The notes under the pieces were generated by a model that did no database searches, was not told where the DNA came from, and saw nothing but the letters and a program-made list of their open reading frames with translations. DNA of 32,000 nucleotides from Acaryochloris thomasi RCC1774. GTDB lineage: Bacteria > Cyanobacteriota > Cyanobacteriia > Thermosynechococcales > Thermosynechococcaceae. Both the position numbers and the translations under genes were made by a program. How positions within the stretch are numbered: position 1 is the first letter of the stretch; each line of letters starts with the position of its first letter. Location of the stretch: the NCBI RefSeq assembly GCF_003231495.1, contig NZ_PQWO01000018.1:61285-93284 (forward strand). The letters run 5' to 3'. Shown in pieces: positions 25,757 to 32,000 of the stretch.

Positions 25757-27745
25757 ATGCCCTCATCTTTTACAGCCCTGAATACTGAGTCTCTGAATGT
25801 TGTTCAGCCACCTGTGCCGGCTCTAAAGAAAACAGAGGCTCATCCTGAGCCTGTCCCCCACGCTCTCAGGACTGCTCGCAAAAAATATAAGTACAACTAC
25901 GCCCATATTGCGCCAGTCGCGATGGTAGACAAGCTGCCGCGCGAGGAGAGACCCAGTCTGGTCTGGTGGAGAAAGGTGATTCGGGTCATGCTCGAAATCT
26001 TTATCAACGCCATCGTTAGCAAGCGAGGTCATGTTGAAGAAGTACAGGCCCGTCACCATGTCGCCCACCTCGTCAGACAAACGGTGATCGATATCTTTCA
26101 GCAGGCAGATTTCAAAACGAAACTTCGGCTGGGTTGGCATCTGCTCAGAGCAGTTCCCCAACTCCTTTGGAAGGGATTCAGGTTGGGACTGCATGAGTGG
26201 GAAGATCTGGTTCTGAGTCTGATTTCAGAGGTCGAGAAAGATATTCTGCTGGCGCTCCACGGCGGCGTCAAGGCTCGCGTTGATCAAGACCGCCACTGTG
26301 TGACAGCCACGAGTCTGGAGGACTACAACAGGCAGTTTGCCACGATTGCACTACCTGCGATCGCAACTCATTTCCAAGAAGATGAATACTTCGCCTACCT
26401 ACGGATAGCGGGTCCCAATCCTACGATGCTTGAGCAGGTCCGCGTTTTGTTTGGCGACATCCTCAGCCAAAAATTTCCGGTGACAAACGATCACTATCAA
26501 GCCGTCATGGGCACTGATGATTCCCTGGAGAAAGCTTTAGAAGAGAGCCGCCTCTACATTGCGGACTACGCCATTCTGGCAGGAGCTATCAATGGCACCT
26601 ATCCTGGCACCCACCCCAAATATATTGAAGCGCCTCAGGCGCTATTTGCTGTCCCTCGGGGCGGTTCCGCATCACGAAACCTGCGGCCCATTGCGATTCA
26701 GTGTGGTCAGGTTTCGGGTACGAACGTACCAATTGTGACGCCCTCGACGAACGAATCCGAGCGATACGCTTGGGAAATGGCCAAGGCTGTGGTTCAGGTG
26801 GCCGATAGCAACTACCACGAAGCCATTGCCCACTTAGGTCGCACGCATCTGTTTATTGGCCCCTTTGCGATCGCAACCCATCGGCAACTTCTGCCGGAGC
26901 ATCCCCTTAGTGTTCTACTGCGCCCGCACTTTGAGGGCATGCTCAACATCAATGATGGGGCTCAAAATCTGCTTATGGCTCCCCGAGGTGGCGTTGATAA
27001 GAATTTGGCGGCTACGATTGACTGCGCGCGCGCAGCGACTGTCGCTGGCTTGCAGAGCTACGGCTTCAATAGCGCCATGCTGCCCAAACGGCTTGAGCAG
27101 CGCGGTGTTGCCGATCTAGAGGCATTCCCGGTCTATCCTTACCGCGATGATGCCCTTTTACTGTGGGATGCCATCAAAGACTGGGTTGCGGCTTACCTCG
27201 GTCTTCATTACCAAGACGATACCGCAGTCCAGCAGGATCAGGCGCTCCAGAACTGGGCAGCAGAGCTGATTGCCTTTGATGGCGGTCGCGTCGTTGACTT
27301 CGGTGAAGACGGTGAGATTCGGACTCTCTCATACCTGATTGATGCGGTGACGTTAATCGTTTTTACTGCCAGCGCCCAACATGCTGCTGTCAACTTTCCG
27401 CAGGGAGATGTGATGACCTACGCTCCGGCGATGCCTCTGGCAGGATATGCTCCGGCTCATCCGCTCACCACCGCTAGCGAAGCAGATTATTTTGAGCAGC
27501 TTCCGCCGCTGCATCAGGCACAGGGACAGCTTGAGCTGACCTATCTGCTAGGACAGGTCTATCACACGGTACTGGGTCAGTATGACTTGGGCTGGTTTCG
27601 TGACGGGCAAGAGCAGAGCGCCCTCCAAGACTTTCAAGAGAGATTGGTGGAGATTGAAGATGCGATCGCAACCCGTAACCAAACCCGTCCCTATCCCTAC
27701 TGCTATCTGCAGCCTTCCAAAATCCCCCAAAGCATCAATATTTAA
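25757..27745 (+). CDS. lipoxygenase (bacterial type, no PLAT domain; non-haem iron dioxygenase)
   Basis: LOX signatures: YLRIAGPNP; WEMAKAVVQVAD; HEAIAHLGRTH (His354, His359); QHAAVNFPQ (His542, Asn546); C-terminal IPQSINI with a terminal Ile662 carboxylate ligand. 662 aa. The N-terminal ~190 aa look helical rather than beta-barrel. Confidence 0.9.
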   Translation: MPSSFTALNTESLNVVQPPVPALKKTEAHPEPVPHALRTARKKYKYNYAHIAPVAMVDKLPREERPSLVWWRKVIRVMLEIFINAIVSKRGHVEEVQARHHVAHLVRQTVIDIFQQADFKTKLRLGWHLLRAVPQLLWKGFRLGLHEWEDLVLSLISEVEKDILLALHGGVKARVDQDRHCVTATSLEDYNRQFATIALPAIATHFQEDEYFAYLRIAGPNPTMLEQVRVLFGDILSQKFPVTNDHYQAVMGTDDSLEKALEESRLYIADYAILAGAINGTYPGTHPKYIEAPQALFAVPRGGSASRNLRPIAIQCGQVSGTNVPIVTPSTNESERYAWEMAKAVVQVADSNYHEAIAHLGRTHLFIGPFAIATHRQLLPEHPLSVLLRPHFEGMLNINDGAQNLLMAPRGGVDKNLAATIDCARAATVAGLQSYGFNSAMLPKRLEQRGVADLEAFPVYPYRDDALLLWDAIKDWVAAYLGLHYQDDTAVQQDQALQNWAAELIAFDGGRVVDFGEDGEIRTLSYLIDAVTLIVFTASAQHAAVNFPQGDVMTYAPAMPLAGYAPAHPLTTASEADYFEQLPPLHQAQGQLELTYLLGQVYHTVLGQYDLGWFRDGQEQSALQDFQERLVEIEDAIATRNQTRPYPYCYLQPSKIPQSINI

Positions 27746-27782
27746 CCCCTAGTTCCCTACCCACCCCCAGAGGACAATTTTC

Positions 27783-29330
27783 ATGGTCTTGGACCTTTCC
27801 ACCTCCAGTCAAGCCCCCCGGCAATCGCTTCGCGCGCTAATCTGGAACCGTTTTCTGCAACCCCTACTGCAGAGAATATTCAGATGGCTGACCGCTTCTA
27901 AAGCCCAGCCCTTCGAAGATATCCCAGGGCCGACCCCGATCTTTCCGACTGGGAACGTTTTAGACTTTCAAAAAGATCCCACCTGGGAAGTCTTGGGTAA
28001 CTACGCCCAACAATACGGAAACGTCGCTCGCTTCTGGATGCTGTTTCGACCCTGCCTAGCCGTTAACGATCCAAAGCTAATTCACCAAGTTCTTTCAGGG
28101 GTGGGGGAACAGTCACCGGAAGTCGCAGAAAGCCGCTGTCCCCTGCACAATAACCCAATCTACAAGTTCTATAAAAACCAGCCGCGCAAAGCGCTGCGGC
28201 CCATGCTGACCGACACCAATCCCTTTGAAGCTGCAGCTGCAGATGCTCACTGGAAAGATTTGAAGCAGAACCATCCTTTCAGCATGGATTACTTTGATGA
28301 CTGGCTCGGGTCGCAGATCGAACCCCTCCATGCCTTCATAGAAACAAGAGCGACAGAACTGGTCGCAGCCTCTAACCAAGCGGGTGAATTATCGGCCTAT
28401 GACGCCATTCAAAAGCTGACCTTTGACGGATTTTCGTTAGCAACCGTGGGGCAAGTTTTCCCGGACGAAGTTTTTGAGCAGTTTAACTCCATGTGCCAGA
28501 CCGGTACGAGTCGGATGACGCGCTCGACCTTGGCAACATGGCTGATTCCAGAAAAGCCGTGGGATCGTACCTATCGCAAAGTAAGCAAAGCCTGGTTCAA
28601 CCGCTTTGAACAGATCGTCAGCTTAGAAGAAGCGCCAGCCAACTCGCTGCTAGGCTGGGTGCTTCGCAAAGGCGGCACTAATTTTGAGGCCGAAAAGCTG
28701 CGTAATTTTTGTGCCGGTGTCTATCCCGGTGGAGCCGTCTCTACCCCCAGCGGTATTACGTCAGCGCTCCATCTTCTTCATCAGCACCCAGAAACTCTGG
28801 CCGCTCTCAAAGCAGAAGTCAAAGACTTCTTTGCTGGTCCCCTGACGTTAGAGCGACTGGAAGGCTGCACTCAGCTTGATCAGGTGATGCGTGAATCGCT
28901 ACGGCTCTGGCCTGCCGTCCCGTTTTTCCTACGGACGGTTAATCAAGGTGGTGCCGAATTAGCAGGGCACTCCATTCCAGCAGGTACCCCCATTTTTATG
29001 AGTAACTGGTCGCTGCAGCGCCTTAGCGATCATTGGTCAGAGCCAGAGACTTTCAACCCAGCCCGATGGGATGCAGAGACCTGCCGTCAGAACGACTGGG
29101 GAAGTGACTACTTCTTTCCCTTTGGACGGGGCGATCGGGCCTGCATTGGTCAATATTTTGCACGTTATTTTATGAAGCTTGTGTTAGCGGTCTTAGTCTC
29201 AAAGTTTGGAGTGACCTTTGGTGATCAATCCCCTGAGCAAGAGTTCTTCTTCGGCGTCGCGGTTCCGCGCCAGTTGAAGGCACAATTTATTTACTCGAGC
29301 AAAGATTTGCCAAAATATTCTGGGGATTGA
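27783..29330 (+). CDS. cytochrome P450 with canonical Cys haem loop but non-canonical I-helix
   Basis: Pro-rich hinge DIPGPTPIFPTGNVLDF. K-helix ExxR (RESLRL). PERF-like FNPARW. Haem loop FGRGDRACIGQYFA (Cys454, codon 29142-29144). The I-helix position reads GGAVST (28728-28745) instead of (A/G)Gx(D/E)T(T/S). AGAGGA at 27769-27774 sits 8 nt before the ATG. Confidence 0.9.
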   Translation: MVLDLSTSSQAPRQSLRALIWNRFLQPLLQRIFRWLTASKAQPFEDIPGPTPIFPTGNVLDFQKDPTWEVLGNYAQQYGNVARFWMLFRPCLAVNDPKLIHQVLSGVGEQSPEVAESRCPLHNNPIYKFYKNQPRKALRPMLTDTNPFEAAAADAHWKDLKQNHPFSMDYFDDWLGSQIEPLHAFIETRATELVAASNQAGELSAYDAIQKLTFDGFSLATVGQVFPDEVFEQFNSMCQTGTSRMTRSTLATWLIPEKPWDRTYRKVSKAWFNRFEQIVSLEEAPANSLLGWVLRKGGTNFEAEKLRNFCAGVYPGGAVSTPSGITSALHLLHQHPETLAALKAEVKDFFAGPLTLERLEGCTQLDQVMRESLRLWPAVPFFLRTVNQGGAELAGHSIPAGTPIFMSNWSLQRLSDHWSEPETFNPARWDAETCRQNDWGSDYFFPFGRGDRACIGQYFARYFMKLVLAVLVSKFGVTFGDQSPEQEFFFGVAVPRQLKAQFIYSSKDLPKYSGD

Positions 29331-29409
29331 AGCTTTTGCAAGGTCTGATTCTTGTTATTGCCTAGTTGCTAAGATAAGGAGCATTGACAGTCGAAGTGCA
29401 GCAGACTTC

Positions 29410-29454
29410 ATGAGTGGTCAGTTCTTCAAGCACCCGATCCTCAACTCGCCTTAG
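29410..29454 (+). pseudogene. 14-codon remnant resembling the conserved N-terminus (FFxxPILNSPY) of type III restriction-like Res/helicase proteins
   Basis: The sequence atg agt ggt cag ttc ttc aag cac ccg atc ctc aac tcg cct tag encodes MSGQFFKHPILNSP*. The similarity is from my memory of that family's N-termini. The motif does not continue in any frame after the stop. Confidence 0.3.
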
Positions 29455-29499
29455 CTGTGCTGGCTGACGCTCATGATTAGGGAAAGGCCGGAGGGCTGA

Positions 29500-30099
29500 A
29501 TGATGGCGATGGCAGCACCGAAAACGAAGACCTACACGGCTGAGGAATATCTAGAGCTGGAGATCACGTCTGAGGTTCGCAGCGAATTCCGGGATGGAGA
29601 GATTGTTGAGATGACGGGTGGCACCCCTGCACACAATGAAATTACACGGATGCTTATTTTCTTGCTGACAATGGCGCTGCGCAAGCAGCCATACAGCATT
29701 TTTGTCACCGATCAGCGTCTCTGGTTGCCGGACTGCAATCTCTATACTTACCCCGATGTGATGGTGATGCCCCGTCCGCCGAAGCTTCAGACTGGGCGAA
29801 AGGATACGGTGATGAATCCGATTTTTATAGCTGAGGTCTTATCAGAATCTACTCAGGGATATGACCGAGGTGATAAGTTCTCAGCCTATCGGACAGTTGC
29901 AACGTTTGAAGAGTATTTGCTAATTGATCAATATCAGCCACGGGTAGAGCATTACGCGCGGCAGGAGGCAAATAAATGGTTACTCACGGTTCATGATAGG
30001 CCGGAGGCTAGGGTGTCTTTGGTGTCTGTGCCGGTGGAGTTAGAGCTTGCTGAGCTATATGAGAACTTGGAGTTTGGTGAGTCGTTGGATAATGCCTGA
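29500..30099 (+). CDS. Uma2-family (DUF820) putative endonuclease
   Basis: Typical family pattern: YTAEEYLELE...SEFRDGEIVEMTGGTPAHNEI ... YPDVMV ... FIAEVLSEST...D...K...Y...G..EY.LID. GGAGGG lies 6 nt upstream of the ATG. Confidence 0.8.
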   Translation: MMAMAAPKTKTYTAEEYLELEITSEVRSEFRDGEIVEMTGGTPAHNEITRMLIFLLTMALRKQPYSIFVTDQRLWLPDCNLYTYPDVMVMPRPPKLQTGRKDTVMNPIFIAEVLSESTQGYDRGDKFSAYRTVATFEEYLLIDQYQPRVEHYARQEANKWLLTVHDRPEARVSLVSVPVELELAELYENLEFGESLDNA

Positions 30100-30140
30100 A
30101 ATGAGGGGGATGGTTTTGCATTAGCCCCCCGACAGCCTTT

Positions 30141-30917
30141 TTAAGAATGAGAGTCACGAACTGGAACCTGATGCTGAGCCAGATGCGTTTTTATTTCGGC
30201 GACGGTCAACTGTCCATAGTGGAGCAGTGAAGCCAGCAGTGCTGCTTCCGCTTTGCCCTCGGTCAACGCTTCACGAATATGATCGCAGGTGCCAGCCCCC
30301 CCCGAGGCCACCACTGGGATCTGCACCTGTTCAGCAATGGCGCGGGTTAGCTCTAAATCGTAGCCTGCCTGAGTTCCATCGGCATCCATACTGGTGACCA
30401 GTAGCTCGCCAGCCCCGCGCTGCTCCATCTCTTTGACCCATGAGATCGCATCTAGTCCCGTATTCTCCCGTCCACCGCGAATGTAGACATCCCAGCCGGG
30501 GTTCTCGGGGTCAGTGCGGCGACGGGCATCAATGGCGATCACAATACATTGGCGACCAAAACGCTCACTGGCTTGGGTGACAAACTCTGGGTTGCGAACC
30601 GCAAAAGAGTTGATGCTAACCTTATCGGCACCGGCCCTTAGTAACTTCCGAATTGTGTCCAGCGAGCCAATTCCACCGCCCACGGTCAGGGGAATAAAGA
30701 CTTCCTCTGCCGTTCGATATACCACGTCATAGATGATGTCCCGATCTTCGTGGGTCGCCGTGATATCTAAAAAGACCAGCTCATCCGCGCCCGCCTCGTT
30801 GTAGACCTTCGCTAGCTCCACTGGATCGCCAGCATCTCGAAGGTTCACAAAATTGACGCCCTTCACCACTCGACCCGCCTTCACATCAAGGCAGGGTAGG
30901 ATTCGCTTCGCCAGCAT
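30141..30917 (-). CDS. hisF: imidazole glycerol phosphate synthase, cyclase subunit
   Basis: [54 protein letters not shown]... and SGGAG motifs. 257 aa. A textbook HisF sequence. Confidence 0.95.
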   Translation of the reverse strand: MLAKRILPCLDVKAGRVVKGVNFVNLRDAGDPVELAKVYNEAGADELVFLDITATHEDRDIIYDVVYRTAEEVFIPLTVGGGIGSLDTIRKLLRAGADKVSINSFAVRNPEFVTQASERFGRQCIVIAIDARRRTDPENPGWDVYIRGGRENTGLDAISWVKEMEQRGAGELLVTSMDADGTQAGYDLELTRAIAEQVQIPVVASGGAGTCDHIREALTEGKAEAALLASLLHYGQLTVAEIKTHLAQHQVPVRDSHS

Positions 30918-30977
30918 CAGGACTCCTTTTATCAGGTGCCTATCTACTCTACCGCTGTTTTCTATCGACCTGGCCGC

Positions 30978-31787
30978 TTATTGATTTGTTGTTTGACCGC
31001 TCTCAATAGGTGCTGTTTGTTCCTGGGTTTTGGACTGACTGAACTGCCAGAAACCCGCTGCTAGAATCGCTGCCACGATGCCCGCTCCTAGCACTACTTT
31101 CCAGCGACCTTGAGATGCTTGCGGCTGTGATTTGCTCTTCTTTGCTTGTCCCTGCGACTTCGATGCCTGGGCTTGAGGAACACTACGCTTAGAAAAAATA
31201 GTAGTCGCGTCTTCCTGCTCTGGCTCGATCGGATCTTCTAGCCAGACAGTTGCTTTCGGATCGGTTGTCCCCGCTTTAATGCTTTGGAATTCTGCTGATT
31301 CTAAGTACTGGGATAGCTCGGCTTCTTCTCCAGAAATAATGAGATAGGTACAGAAGGACTCCTTGCCGAACTGAATCGAATCACCTTTCGCTAGCTCATG
31401 GGACTGGCAAGGCTCACCGTTGACAATAGTACCGTTGGTGCTGGTTTTGCCTTGAGAGTTGCCGTCAATGAGGCGATATCGGTAGCGATTCGCTCCGGGT
31501 ACAGGCATGCGAAGCAACAGCGCATGCTGACGAGAAACTGAGGCGTCGTTGAGGACAATTGCACAGCTCCTATCTCGACCAATGGAATAAGTTGCCGCGT
31601 CCAGGGCAAAGACACCACAGTCTTGGTCATCAATAACGAGAATGTGCTGCTCCTGAGTGGGCAGCGCTTTAGGCTCACGGGTTGCTTCTAGCATAGGGCT
31701 GAGGCGCGTTGTTAGGCGTGATGAAGGATGATTGAAAAAAGGCGCACGATCGATTAGATTTTTCCAACCACTTTGTCGTAGGTCCAT
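30978..31787 (-). CDS. FHA-domain protein with Lys/Ser/Gln-rich linker and a C-terminal transmembrane anchor
   Basis: FHA core YSIGRDRSCAIVLNDASVSRQHALL ... STNGTIVNGEP ... L..GD.I.FG. Low-complexity segment QAQASKSQGQAKKSKSQPQASQG. TM helix WKVVLGAGIVAAILAAGFW. The start may instead be the internal ATG at 31694 (MLEATREPK). Confidence 0.8.
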   Translation of the reverse strand: MDLRQSGWKNLIDRAPFFNHPSSRLTTRLSPMLEATREPKALPTQEQHILVIDDQDCGVFALDAATYSIGRDRSCAIVLNDASVSRQHALLLRMPVPGANRYRYRLIDGNSQGKTSTNGTIVNGEPCQSHELAKGDSIQFGKESFCTYLIISGEEAELSQYLESAEFQSIKAGTTDPKATVWLEDPIEPEQEDATTIFSKRSVPQAQASKSQGQAKKSKSQPQASQGRWKVVLGAGIVAAILAAGFWQFSQSKTQEQTAPIESGQTTNQ

Positions 31788-32000
31788 CCACGATCGGCAC
31801 TGCTTCTACGCTTAGGGTTCCCAACTTGAAGGTTAACTATACTCTACTCAAAGTAATAATTCTTTAGAGATTTGGTAGTCCTAAACGGGTAAGGATATTC
31901 TATCGATAAGGGGATGTATGTTCTCCTATGCTTATGCGAGTGTTGACTCGTCGTCATCCATCGTTTTCCGTGTCTTCTGCTCTACCAGCGTGTCCCAACT

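Noticed and set aside
27783-29330. Assigning the P450 to the CYP74 family (AOS/HPL)
   Set aside because: The haem-binding loop FGRGDRACIG has standard length and a standard consensus. CYP74 enzymes carry an insertion and a divergent loop. I therefore describe it only as a non-CYP74 P450 with an atypical I-helix.
30105-30130. GGGGG...CCCCCC inverted repeat between convergent Uma2 and hisF as a bidirectional terminator
   Set aside because: It is a 5-bp G-C stem with a ~15-nt loop and only partial internal pairing. It is plausible but not convincing without folding energies.
31932-32000. Minus-strand reading frame entering from the right edge (...SWDTLVEQKTRKTMDDDESTLA, stop at 31934-31932)
   Set aside because: Only 22 codons are visible and there is no motif. 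I cannot tell a real gene 3' end from chance, so I did not report it as a feature.
1-32000. Scan for tRNA/rRNA genes, CRISPR repeats, transposases, integrases, IS inverted repeats and phage genes
   Set aside because: Nothing found. There are no T-loop GGTTCGA-type contexts outside coding sequence, no regularly spaced direct repeats and no recombinase motifs in any ORF.

Overview
This 32-kb chromosomal window comes from a cyanobacterium. I counted at least 17 perfect copies of the HIP1 octamer GCGATCGC by eye, and the gene content fits (phylloquinone genes menG/menA, carotenoid isomerase crtH). I support about 25 protein-coding genes. I found no rRNA, tRNA, CRISPR array, transposase or integrase. 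The left third (1-12.3 kb) is mostly housekeeping: alpha/beta hydrolase (partial), DUF218, pseudouridine synthase, RodZ-like, an htrA-PMT glycosyltransferase pair, a queF-menG-menA cluster, pepA, a CPBP protease, LOG and an EamA transporter. The middle (12.4-25.3 kb, all minus strand) is a dense signalling block. It holds a REC-GAF-PAS histidine kinase, crtH, and a translationally coupled four-gene operon: Ser/Thr-kinase/P-loop/GAF/His-kinase giant, then REC, then REC-HK, then REC-GGDEF. The right part holds the most interesting locus. A PLAT-less bacterial lipoxygenase is followed 37 nt later by a cytochrome P450 with a canonical Cys haem loop. In that P450 the I-helix acid-alcohol pair is replaced (GGAVST), which suggests a candidate hydroperoxide-converting oxylipin pathway distinct from CYP74 or catalase-type systems. 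After it come a possible 14-codon relic of a restriction-helicase gene, a Uma2 endonuclease, hisF and a membrane-anchored FHA protein. All calls rest on by-eye motif recognition in the supplied ORF translations and my own reading of the DNA. No BLAST or HMM search was possible, so family names are recognition-based and functions are inferred.
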